Source: Phaeosaccion multiseriatum
Lineage: Eukaryota > Protista > Ochrophyta, other classes
Direction of reading: 5' to 3'
Assembly: GCA_965112735.1 (NCBI GenBank)
Contig: OZ218959.1
Location: 3,348,001 to 3,412,000 of the forward strand
DNA length: 64,000 bases
Shown here: positions 25,551-37,532 of the stretch, one piece after another
Layout: each line of letters opens with the position of its first letter
Position numbering within the stretch: the stretch's first letter is position 1
Translations under genes and position numbers: made by a program
The notes under the pieces: generated by a model
The model's database searches: none
What the model was told of the DNA's origin: nothing
Seen by the model: only the letters and a program-made list of their open reading frames with translations

Positions 25551-28500
25551 TTATACGGGCCCGTTCCGCCGGTCTGCGTAAGTCCCACTCGGCAGCTTGA
25601 CCCGCGAGTCGTCCAGAGGGTTGAGGTCCGGGGCGAGGATGCGGGTGTAACGGTCGAAGTACAGCGCCTGGAGGGGGCGAGCCAGGGCGGAGGGGCAGCT
25701 CGTATGAGAGGGGGAGGGGGAAAGGGGGAGGGGGAAGGGAGCTAGCCATATCACTAACCCAGGCAGGCCATGCCTCCCCTAAGACCCATCAGCACCCGCC
25801 AAAATCAACATCCATCAATAGAAGACCGAGACCGACTGACCGACTGACCGACTGACCGACTGACCGACCGACCGACCGACCGACCTGTTTGATGAGTAGT
25901 CCAAACTCCCTGGGCAGCTTGAGGCCATTCTGCTCTGCCGTCCCCACGATATCCAGCAGCAGCCTCGTGATCTCCTCCTGGTCGAAGCTCACTTGAGCTC
26001 CGACGGTGGCCGCCCCTGTCTCGGGGTCCACCTCAGACGCCACCTGCACCTCGGGCTGTGGCGGGGGGGGGGGGGCAGGGGGGGAGGGGGTGCATTCAGT
26101 CGCTTCGCAATTTGTATATATATATATAATATATATATATATTGGTTTCAAAGGGGACACGCGGGGCGAGGGTTAGGCTCCGGGCAGTGCATCAGGTGGG
26201 TGAGCAGGGAGAGGGAGGAGAGAGAGAGTGAGAGAGAAAACATAGAGGGAGAGGGAGAGGGGGAGAGAGGGAGATAGAGGGAGACAGAGATAGGAGGGGG
26301 TGGGAGGAAGGGAGAGGGAGGGTGGGACAAGAGCCGAATGCTCGGGGCCGTGCATCAGGTAGGTGGGGGAGACAGAGAGGGACCAAACCCCTCACATCCA
26401 CACTTTTCTCCCCAACCCAGGCAACGGTCGTTTGTCCATACGCACACACGCACGTACGCATCACTTACGTCGATTTTCTTGAGCTTAATGAACACGCGCT
26501 CGATGTCGCGGGAGAACTGCGAGATATTCACCTCCCTACACACAGCAAGCAGCACAGCAAACAGCACGGCATTGCAACAGGTAGGCACGGCACGGTAAGA
26601 GCTTGTGTCCCACTCACGACCCAGGGAGGGAAGGAGGGAAGGAGGGGGTTGGCACATCACGCACTGCTCTCATGCTCTCTGCCACGCGTACCCGTCTGTG
26701 GCGCCCATCTGCACGAGGGACTCCGCCATAGCCGTGAAGTCCTCCGTCACGAGCCCGTCCGCCAGGCCCTTGATGGCTCCCCACACGCGCTGCGGGGGCG
26801 AGGAGGAGGGAGAGGGGGGGGTGTTGGGTGTGGTTGGGGCTTTCTTCTTTCTTTCTTTTTTTTCTGGCCAATGACACACAAAAAGACGGACGTTTCGTGC
26901 TCCAGCCAAGCAAGTAACGTACGTACGTACGTATGTATGTACGTACCTTGGGGATTCTGCCGACGATGCCAAAGTCAATGAAGCCCACCCTCCCGTCCTT
27001 GAGCACGAGCAGGTTGCCAGCATGCACGTCTGCGTGGAAGGTGTCTGCCATCATGACGCTCAAACTCCACGTGTTGAGCGCTGTGATGAGAGTGGCCTCA
27101 GGGTCGGGCGAGTAGCGCCGAATGCCGTCCAAGTCCACAAGAGGCACGCCCTCCAGGAAGTCCATGACCAGCAACTGGAGAGAGGGGGGGGGCGGGGGGT
27201 AGTTGGTGGGAAGGCTGGCCGACACAACGAGACAACACCCACACACCCACAAAGCATGTGCTTGTTCAGAGGGGCCACCGCCGACGCACCTTCTTTGTGG
27301 ACACATGCGGGTATGTGGCGGGGGCAGTGGCATCCGATATGCCCGCAGTACGCAGGAAGCTCCTGAACTGCTCGATGTTACCCGCCTCTTTGGTAAAGTC
27401 GAGCTCGTCGAGCATACTGTCGCGAATGTCGCCCACAATGGCACTGAAGGAGGTCCTGGCTAGCTCCGGCCTCAGCAGCTCCAGCACTCGACTAGCGATG
27501 TAGATGAAGCCTAGATCTGCGGCCAGCACGCCGTCCACTCCTGGCTTTTGCACCTTGATCACCACCTCTTCGCCCGTGCGCAGCTTTGCACGGTGCACCT
27601 GTCATCCGTTTGTGTCAACGGAGGCGCAGTCGGGCAACGAACAAACGAAAGGCTCAGCACCACTTCAGAGACTCCATCCGCGGCCTTGCTCGACGCCCTC
27701 ACATCCAGAGAGCTGCTGCTGCTGAGCATGCCCTACATGCCCTACCCACCTGTGCCACTGATGCCGACGCAAGGGGAGTCTTTTCAATGGACTCAAACTG
27801 CGCTGCCACGGCCGCTGCTCCGCCCAGCTGCGCATGAAAAGAGAAGCGGGTAGGAGAGTGAGCATACAGATGTGCTCTAGCGAGGAAGACAGGAAAGGGA
27901 CCCCGAAAGACTGTGGGCGCGACAAAGCTGATGTTTACCTCTTTCTTGATGATCTTGTCCACCTCGCTAAAGGGGATGGGCGGCGTCTGGTCCAGGCACT
28001 TCTGGAACTCCATCACGTAGTCCGGGGGGAACAGCGTGGGGCTGCTGGCGATGAACTGCCCCAGCTTGATGTACGTGGCTCCCATGCGCTCAAAGAAAAT
28101 ACGGATAACCTGGGCGGCAAGCGGCAGAGAGAGAGAGAGACAGACAGACACGCAAGACATGTTACTTCAACAAGACTTGCCCGATCTACAAAGGGATACC
28201 ACAACCCCCCACACACACCTTGGCTGTCTGTGATGCGTTGAACAGCTCGCTGCTCCTGTTGCCCCCCCCTACGCTCCCTAACCTTGCCCTGCGAAGGTCT
28301 CTGATCACATCCCTGGTGGTGAGCAGAACGGCGTTGCTGGCCTGCACAGTGCGCCGGAGACCGGTAGTAGGTCCAGCGGACCTGAAGATGTGCACATTTG
28401 GGGGGTCAGGCTCGACATGCCGCGGCTTCGGCAGAAGGCTGCCTACACCTACCGCAAGATCCCCCCTCGCACACACTCACCTCGCCATTTCAAGAACTTC

Positions 28501-29121
28501 TCTGAACAGAGTTTGGAGCTCCTGTGCAACTTCCCGTGGGGGCCTCTCCAGCAGGCCCTTGCGACGAGGCTGGAAAGTGGTGTAGCTGCCATCGTTTTCG
28601 GTGCTACTGCTGCTGCTGCTGCTGCTGCTACTACTACTACTGCTGCTCCCGGCGCTTCTCGTGCGGCGGTTCTCGTCCACCCCAGGCCCGCTCACCACCT
28701 CTGCTTCCAATACCCTACCCCCTCCATCTTGGCCTGGAGCGAGAGAACGCACGGGCAGGAGAAGGAGAGGAGAGACGTGTGAGGGAGGCAGAACATCGTT
28801 GAAGGGAAAACCGCCTGCGTCTTCTCGTTTACCTGCCGCCGACGCAGCTGCCTGCAGGCTCGAGCTTTGTCTCCCCAGCAGGCCTACTCTCTTTCCCCCG
28901 TCCGCAGAGCTTCCCGTGAGTCTGCTACATCTCCTTGGCCGCCGCGCGCTCCCACTGCGGCTGGCACTCGTGCAAACCCCTTCTCCCGCGAACCTCCGTG
29001 GTGACGCGAAAGACGCAGAGGGTTGAGGCGGAAGAGTATTCAGAGAGTGAAAGGAGAGTACGACGCTGGAATTGAGGAGACCCAGGACACATGCCAGAGA
29101 GGACGGGCGTAGAAGCGTCAT
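25551..29121 (-). CDS. ABC1K: Plastid-targeted ABC1/UbiB atypical kinase (ABC1K9-like)
   Basis: Signal peptide ending VLS-F. Motifs [67 protein letters not shown] and [13 protein letters not shown]. Confidence 0.9.
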
Positions 29122-29764
29122 CCCTTGTTCGAGCGAACGAGCTCGATTGAGTCAGCGGCTCTGTGAATCTTGGAGAACCAACATGCGCAAATGTAGTTTC
29201 ATTTTCAGTTTATGAGTCTTTCGTCTTTCGTCTTTCGCACCGTGTGCGTGGGTGTGTGGGTGCGAGTGGCAGAGCGACTGTGTCCTGCTGCGGAAGCCTG
29301 AGGCGTCAAGTGAAGGTGCCAGGTGCTCTTGCGGGCTCTGCATACCATGGGCCACGGGGAAGAGGCCTGGAGTCGTTTCGCTTGGCCATGAGCGGCTCCC
29401 TCATCCTCGCGCCTGGCTACTTGGCTCCGGCGGGGCGGTACCGCAGTGCGACTTGCGAGGCGGGGAGATAATGATCCCAGCTGATGAGGTGATGAGGAGG
29501 GGCAGTAAGTAGCGTGCCGCCACTCATTTGCCTGTGCACTCTCCTTCCTCGCCGTTCTTTGCGGTCCCCCAACGCGTTAGCCAGCCGACGCCGTTTGGTG
29601 AGCAGCGAGGGAGGAGAGATCCTCGTGTTGCTCCAGTTCATCAGTGGGAGCACTCGAGGCGCTGGCCACCGCGGAGAAGATGGGCCTACCGCTGTGGTCA
29701 TGCGGCTTGCAGAGGAGCGGGGGTCCTGACATATCCTGCCGAATCCATCAAGAGGACTGACTTC

Positions 29765-30938
29765 TCACGTCCGAATGGGCGATGTTCCCGGTTTTGAGGC
29801 CTTGCTGTTCCTCCCCATGCGGGGCAAAAGGCTCTCTCCTTCTCCGCCATGGGCGCTGTTCACGGGCGTCCAAATGTTCTTGTCTTTCTTCCACTTTTCA
29901 TACGGAGTGAGTCGAAGGGCTGCGTCGCTCCTCGCCGCGCTCCCGCCGCCCCCGTTCGCCTCTTGGGACGAGCTGTACGAGTTCTGCACTGACACCACGA
30001 GGCGCAGCTCCTCCAGCTGGCCCTCGTACGCGTCCTTGTCTAGTCGACGAGCTTCCATCAAGTCATGCACCTGGCTCTTGAGGTCTCGCAGCTCGACCTT
30101 GAGAGTCTTGAGGTGCTGCTCGGCGTCCTTCTCCTTCCTGTGCGACAGCTTGGCCTCCGAGATGGCCCTGTCCGTCTCTCGTCTCATGAGCGCCATGGTG
30201 CGCTCGTCCTCCGCCCGCACCATCATGGCCGTCTGCAGCTTGTTGGCGCTGTCCACCAGCTCGGACTTGACCTCGTCGCACTTTGAGGTAGAGTCAAGGG
30301 TCAAGGCACGCATCATTTCCTTAGGAGCGACAGAAAGAAAAAAACTACCAGAAAAATACACCAAATTGGGGACCGGGACAGCCTCTGTTGCCTACCTTTC
30401 GTCCTGCTTCCTCGTGCTCGTATGCCTTGGCATCCACACTCGTCCCTCTCTCTTACTCCTCTCTCCCCCTTCTCCCTTCACTCCTTCTCCTCCAACCCAC
30501 TACTCCCCCTACGGGATTAGCCAGACTCAGCTTCAAGGGTTAGGGTTTGGAGTGCTTTACGGACGTGAACTTTTCCCCGCTTCCTACTTGCCTAATATGT
30601 AACTTGACCCAAAAAAACACACCAACCTTGGCCATGAGGGAGCGCTCCCTCTCCCAGCTGTCCTCCAGACGCTGCTTGAGCATACCGAACTCCGCCTTGA
30701 AGTTCTTCCATCTGCGGTGGCCCTCCGTCAGGGCCAAGTCGGGGTTCTCTAGGCCCTTCATGTCATGGCGAATGGAAGCCCAGAGCAAAAAAATGGAAGG
30801 GGGTGAAAGGAAAAATGAAAAATGAAACGGGCTCCTTTAACAATCCACCTCAACCTACTTCATCCCTATCTTGATCTTACTTTCTTCCTCCTTTTCGATA
30901 TCTTCCTCTCCCCCACCATCCATCTTAGCGACCATCAT
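29765..30938 (-). CDS. Short coiled-coil protein resembling the N-terminus of CFAP58
   Basis: Spliced NFKAEFGMLKQRLEDSWERERSLMAK|CDEVKSELVDSANKLQTAMMVRAEDERTMALMRRETDRA resembles CFAP58 (KFRIEYERLH...NEKRLMAKCRELNAEIV...KVATALKLSQDDQTTIASLKKEIEKA). Start (30938 or 30761) and 3' end are uncertain. Confidence 0.6.
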
Positions 30939-31118
30939 CCTTAACCTATTTTCACCCTTCCGAGGAAACAGGGGTGGGTGTGGAGGGAGAGAATGGAGAA
31001 GAAGCTGGCGAGTATTGGCGACGAGAGAAAGGCGAGGCTGATGGCAGAAAAGGTGCCTTCCTCCTCCCTTCCGTCATTGGAACAGCACTGATTTGGGGGC
31101 GGGAGGAGGGGGGAGGTG

Positions 31119-34118
31119 ATGAAAAGTAGGAGTGCAGAGGCTGGGATGGGCACGCCCGGTAAAGCCGCCTCCACGATGGTGAGGAGTACCAGCCCCTTGA
31201 GCCCGCCTTCGTCACCCACCCGCAGAAGCGATTCTGCGGTGGGGGGCAGGTGGATGCAGGACAAGGAGAGCGACGTTTGCCTGCTCTGCCACCTGAAGTT
31301 CAACTTCACCAATCGGCGTCACCACTGCCGCCGCTGTGAGAGATTGGTTTGCAGCGCGTGTAGTGGGCAGACTTTCATGCTCCACCGGGGCGAAGGGGCT
31401 GTGGAGAAGCGGGTCTGTGACGAGTGCTACGTCCGTCTACTAGAGTTGTCGAAGGAGGTGGAGCTGGGGTTCGGTCTCCCGGAGACGCTGGACCCCTTAC
31501 GTCAGAGCCCGATCCGCGTGACCATTATAAAGGCCAAGGAGCTCGGAGAGCGGACCGCGGAGGGTGGGGGGGGGGCTGCAGCCGCCGCGTCAGCAGCATC
31601 AGCATCAGCAGCATCAGCAGCAGCAGCAGCAGCAGCAGCAGCATCATCATCAGCAGTAGCAGCAAGAGGGAGTGGAGAACTCAGTAGGTCCTGCCCTCCG
31701 AAACTCCCCGATTTCCAGCAGGCAGCAGTAGACTCTCCGCCCTCGACACATTCGTTTGACTCTTCCTTCTCGGCCGCTACGCCTGGCTCTTCCTACTCGG
31801 CTGTCAGGCTAGGATCTTTCGCCCGCGCTCGCGCTCCATACTGCCGACTGTCAGTGGCGACCAAGCAAGTCGGCAAGACGAGGAGCGTGGCAGGCAGTGC
31901 GAATGCCCCTTTGTGGGTGTGGGATGAGATGTATGGCTTCCGTGTGTCGTCCACATCTAGGTCGGCAGACTACCTTATAGTGGAGGTGTTCGACAGGGCT
32001 CGGTCCAAAATGACGGGCGATGACTTGCTTGGCTCCTTTCGAGTGCCGCTCTTTGCGGTGCCGCCCTTTAGCACGAGCAAAGAGTGGTACGACCTGGGCC
32101 GCTCTGGGGGAAGTGTGCTGGTAAAGGTGGAGAGGGGTAAGGGAGCCATGTCCGTTCGGCCCGCTTACAAGCTCCAACTTCCCTTTGCGCGACCCAACAC
32201 CGTGATGCTCCAGCAGCCGGGCAGGCCAATGCAGTCCACCGAAGCGTTCTGCAAGAACCCCCGGCTTGACGCGTTTTACCCACCCGGGTCGGCCATGTTC
32301 AAGCGCTTGTTTCTGCGATTTGGGGAGGGGGCCGGAGAGTACCTACCCCGGGGGGAGGAGGTGCTTGACGGTTTCGCCAATACGCGGCTGCACAGAGGGA
32401 CGCCGGCCAAGGGGGACGACTCCAGTGGTGGTGGGGCTGGCGACTTGGAGAGGGAAGAGGAGGAGGAGGAGTGGGGCTCGCTCGTGCTCACCACACACAG
32501 GCTACTCTTCATCCAAGAGGGCAGCGGCAGGAGTGTGGAAGAGGTCAAGTGCGATCAAGTGCCTCTGTCGCTCATCAAGGCGAGCCGCGTTAAGCGCCGC
32601 TGGAAGGAGCACCTTGCCGCCATCCATATACGCTGCAAAGACAACCAGGTGCTCTCCTTCCACATCACCAGCCAGGGCAAGAGTATGGAGACCGACCTGC
32701 TGTCCCTTCAGGCCCTTCGTCAGCTTGAGGAGGAGCTTGTTTGGCTGATTAAAGAGGACCACTTCGCCTTCCACTCCGCGCACCCTTTCGCTGGCCTGCC
32801 CCCCGGCGGACAGTCTGTGCCGCCGCCACCCCTTGTCCTTGCCACGGAGTACGAGCGCCAGGGCATCCCGCAGAGCGCCGGGTGGCGACAGTCGAGCGTC
32901 AACATGGCCCACGACCTGTGCACGAGCTATCCTGGTTTGCTGGTGGTGCCTGCCTGCGTCAGCGATGGCGACCTCCTTCGCGCAGCCAAGAGACGGAGCA
33001 GGAGCCGCTTGCCGGCGCTCACGTGGCTCCACCCGACCACCAAAGCTGCACTGTGCCGCTCTTCGCAACCCTTGACGGGGCTGACTAACGCGGCCTGCCC
33101 TGAGGACGAGGCCCTGCTGGTCGCCGTGCGCGAGACGTCAACATTCGGCACGGGTGCCGGCGGTGCGGGCCTCTCTCCTCCTGTATTGCGCATCGTGGAC
33201 GCGCGTTCCGTCATCAACGCAAAGGGCAACGCTCTCCTTGGCAAGGGGCATGAGGTGGTGTCGAGGCTGGCACACACTGAGATCTCCTTCATGAAGATTG
33301 AGAACATTCACGCCATGAGGAACAGTTTTGCCGCCTTGGCCGTGGCTTGTGCATCTGACGACGAGCTGTGGTTCTCCTCCCTGCACGACTCGCGATGGCT
33401 GCACCACATTGCTGCGCTCATGAAGGGGGCAGTCGCTGTGGCCAGGCATCTTGACGCAGGAGACCCCGTGCTCGTGCATTGCAGCGACGGTTGGGACCGG
33501 ACGAGTCAGCTCACCGCGGGGGCGCAGCTCCTCTTGGACCCGTACTTTCGCACCCTCCGGGGCTTCCAGACCCTCATAGAGAAGGACTGGTGTGCGTTTG
33601 GCCACCAATTCGCCACTCGGACAGGGAGCGGCGGCAACGAAGGGCATGAGGTCTCCCCGGTGTGGGTTCAGTTCCTCGACATGGTGTTTCAGCTCATCAG
33701 TCAGTTCCCCTTGGCCTTCGAGTTCAACGAGGCGCTGCTGCTCTTTCTGCTGCGAGCGGGCTATAGTCGTTGGTTCAGCACCTTCCTCTTTAACTCCGAG
33801 AGGGAGCGTTCGGCAGTTCTTTCTCAGTGCACACCAGAGGCCACGGTGACGGTCTGGCAGCACGTGCACCACAGCAGGGAGCTGTACCTCAACCCCATTT
33901 ACGACTCCTCCCAGGGCTCTCAGAGTTGCGGTAGGGGAGGGGGGGCACGGCGGCGGCTGAGTCCCTCATGCAGCGTCAGGTTGTTGAGCGTGTGGCACCA
34001 GGCCTACGGGGGGGGGCACTCCCAGGGGGAGTCGAGTAAGGAGGATGTCCTGCTGCGCAAGGTGCAGAGCCTACAGGCCATAATTACTGCTCAACAGAGA
34101 GCGGCGGACCGAGCGTGT

Positions 34119-34158
<40 letters not shown>

Positions 34159-34331
34159 TCCCCCCAGATCCGCCGGCAGGCCTAACCGATAGTATGCAGC
34201 AGGCCGCCGGGATGTACAGCGAGAAGGGTGTACGTGGCTTTGATGGCTTGGACCACGCGGAGCACGCGGAGAGTGGCGATGGAGACGACGGAGACGGCGA
34301 AGACAGCGACACGATCATGGTCGTCCGTTAG
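31119..34331 (+). CDS. Myotubularin-family phosphoinositide 3-phosphatase with N-terminal FYVE, C2 and PH-GRAM-like domains (single exon)
   Basis: FYVE WMQD...RRHHCRRC...RVCDEC, C2-like PYCRLSV...VEVFDR...DDLLG, GRAM-like WGSLVLTTHRLLF, catalytic VHCSDGWDRTSQL, and LIEKDWCAFGHQF. Confidence 0.93.
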
Positions 34332-34471
34332 CGTTGGCCGTGCTTCCCTCTCAACTATGTTTATATCCCATGTATATATTAGCGGAAAGGGGTTTATTTT
34401 ATTAGAATTAACGGAAGGTTTATTCACATTGTTTGCATCTCCGGCCCCTGTTTCATGTACAATCGCTAGTG

Positions 34472-37332
34472 CTACTCCCCTTGCCCCTGCCCCAGCTGCT
34501 GCTCGGCTGCGAGTCCGTTGAGGTGGTCGTTGAGCTCATTGCCACCCTCGAAGGGGTTGTTGGGGATCATGTCGGCCGGCTGCAGCAGCAGCTCCCCACA
34601 CTGCACAGTGCCGTGACTGTGCACCCAATAGCTCATGGTGAGGAACACCACAAGGTGCAGGGCCACCACGTACAGGAAGAGGAGGTGGCGGGCCTGCTTG
34701 TTACCCAGGAACATGCGTGTGGTGCTGAACATGATGCGCTCCGGGACACTCAGTTCGTCGTATTTGCGTGCCTGCTCCCTTTGACTGAACTGCGAGAAGG
34801 GGCTGATGCGCGTCTCGTACATTTGTCGGTAGCGGCCCGTGGAGTGGCGGGACCCGCCCTTTCGGTCGGCGGCAGACAAAGAGCCTTCAGGAGGTGGCGA
34901 TGGCGCGGTGGCACTCAGCCCAGCCCCAGACTCGAGGTCCTCGGCCGGGAGGGGGGGGTTCTGCTGCTGGTACTGATAGCTCTGCAGAAAGCGAACCTTC
35001 TCGTACAGCTGACAGACACGTGCGTGTTGGTGGGGAGCGCCGACACGTCGTTAGTTACAAGCAGCAAACAGCGAGCATGCCCGACCCGGACGGACACAAA
35101 AGACACACTCACACACACACAAATACACACACCTTGAGGTTGTCCTTCTCCATCTCTTCGAAGGACGCGGCCTTATCCGTTGCCTGCCTCTTGAGCTCCT
35201 CCTTCTCCGCGTCAAGCTCCGCCATGCGCTTCCTGAAGCGATCTCTCTGCGCCTGGACGATGCGCAGGACATCAACTCCCTGGTGCTGCTGTACGACCAA
35301 CTGCTGCTGTTGCTGCTGCTGCTGCTGCTGCCCGTCTTCCGCCATTGCTTTGAGCAAGGCCTCTTCGCTGCCGTCGGAATCTTGTTTGAGGTTGGGGGCA
35401 GTGTTGCTGCTGCTGCCGCCGCCGCCGCCGGAGTACTTGCCCGCAAGGTGCTCCTCGAGCTCGTGTATCACGCTGAGTCTCTCTGCCAACACTCGATCTG
35501 CCTCCACCAGCTGCACCCTGCCAAGCTCCGCCACCGCCCGCTGCTCCTCGGCCTCTCGTCGGGCAGTCACGAGGTCGCCCTCAAGCCGCCGAACCTTCTT
35601 CTTCACAATGGCCTCCATGCTCCTCGCCTGAGGAGGCTTCTCGATGAAGTCCTCGGGGTCGACGCTGCCATCTGTATCGTCCTCCTCCACGACATTGAAT
35701 TCCAACTGCTGCAACATGAGGATCTGCTTCTTGAGCTGGTCCACCTCCTCTTTGGAGGCGCTGCCCTTGAGGTGCTCCTGAGCGGCTTTCCTCTCCTCTC
35801 GCGCAGTCTCAAGCTCGTCTTTCAACGCATGCGCCTGCAACAGCGCAATAGTCGTGTGTGTGTGTGAGAGTGTGTGTGTGCATGTTGGAAAGATAAACAA
35901 CAAAAGCATCGACCCGCCCGTCGCTCACTCACCTCTCCCACGAGAAGCTTCTTCTCCTTGAGCAGCGCGGCCTCCCTTGCGGCAAACTCCTCTCTGTGCC
36001 TCGCGTACAGCGAGGAGACACTCTCCAGCTCCTGCTCGAGCGCGGCCGTGGCCCCTTTGAGCTCGCTCTGGAGAGAGAGGGAGGCGTTTGTGGGGCTGCT
36101 GCTGCGAGGCTCCCGCCGCTCCAGCTTGTGCTGCAACTCCTTCTTGTCTCCCTTGAGGAGCGCCACTTGCGCGTTTGCCGTATCGATGGAAGTCGTCAGA
36201 ATGTCTCTCTCCGCTGCCCACGCTGCCTCTCTCTCCTGGGCGCCCCGTGTTGACTCAAAGAGCAGCGTCTGGGCGCGATCGGACCTCGCCTGGGCATCTG
36301 CAAGCTCGTCCAACGCCGCCTGGACCCTGTTGTTGGGGGACGGAATGTACTAAGTGAGTTGCTGTGCTTCGCTTCCTTTGCTCTTACTAGAACGCACAAG
36401 CTCCCGCACCTTCGCTGGAGCGTGGCCTCGTTCTCGGAAACCTCCGCCAGCTTGAGTCTCGCGTCCTCCTCCAGCTTGGCCTGCTTGGCGGCCAGCGATG
36501 ACGCCACCTTCTCCGTCATGCTCTCGTCGTACTCCTTTAGCCTGTTTTTTTGGCCAACGTAAAAGAGAGAGGGTTAAGGCCACACACACAAAAGGCTTAC
36601 GCTTTGGCTGCTTACTTCGGTCACATGCAATTTACTCACTTGTCCTCCAACTTGCGGATGGTAATGTCCTGATTCTTGAGCTTGCTGAACTCCGTCTCGT
36701 AGTCCGCCAGCTCCTGCTTCAGCCTCTGCAGCTGCAGCTCCGACACGGCGGCCTTGGGGGCCTCCTGCAGGGCAGCAGACAGGGCTGCAGCGGGGTCTGG
36801 CGCCTCGTACAGAGCCTTGTACAGGGAGTAAAAGGCATTGTCGCTGAACTTACTCCGCCGAGTCAAGGCATCCACCTCTTCTTGGTACGCCTTGAGCAGG
36901 TCCTGTTTGTTGTTTGGTGTGCTTTGTGTGGGCTCAGGCTTAACTTGAAAGCCTGTTCCCTTTGCCTCTTCATCCTCACCTTGATGCTGCCAATCTTCTC
37001 CTCGTCGCTTCTCCTTCGGAAGTCTTTTGTACTCTCCGCCAGTCGCTTCCGCCCTCTCAGGCTCACGTCCTTGGCGTCCTGCATCTGCAGCGCTTGCTGG
37101 TCCAGCTGTATCCGCCGCCCGTCCAAGTCGAAAGCCCGCCAGTACTCTAACACAGACTTTCACAGCACAGCAACGGGGATGGGGGGGGGGGGATTCAATT
37201 AACACCTGCCCATTCTGGGAGAAGGTGGAAAATGTGATTGCTTACGTGAAGGTGCCCTCCTCCCTGCGATGTCGCCGTCGGACTTTCGGGCCCGACGACC
37301 TCCACCGGCTCGCCCACGGCCTCCATCTCCAT
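34472..37332 (-). CDS. CASP: Golgin CASP (CUX1/CASP family)
   Basis: N-terminal YWRAFDL...RKRLAESTKDFRR...LLKAYQEEVDALTRRSKFSDNAF...LYEAPDP. C-terminal QRDRFR, DNLKLYEKVRFLQSY, YETRISPFSQF, and a TM helix with FLYVVALHLVVF. Confidence 0.9.
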
Positions 37333-37532
37333 CGGTGCCGACGATTAATGTTGTGTTGCTTCGTCGATCTTTTTCTCCCTTCTCGCCGGGCCAGCCTGTG
37401 AGCTGTGGCGAAGCACCAACATTTTACCTCCTGCTGCTCTTCAATAAAGGATTTTGCAGGTGCTTTTTGCGTCCACCCCCAAAACATCCCTGTAGGCATA
37501 CTGTGCGGGGAGGGGGCTGGGGGCTGGAGGCC

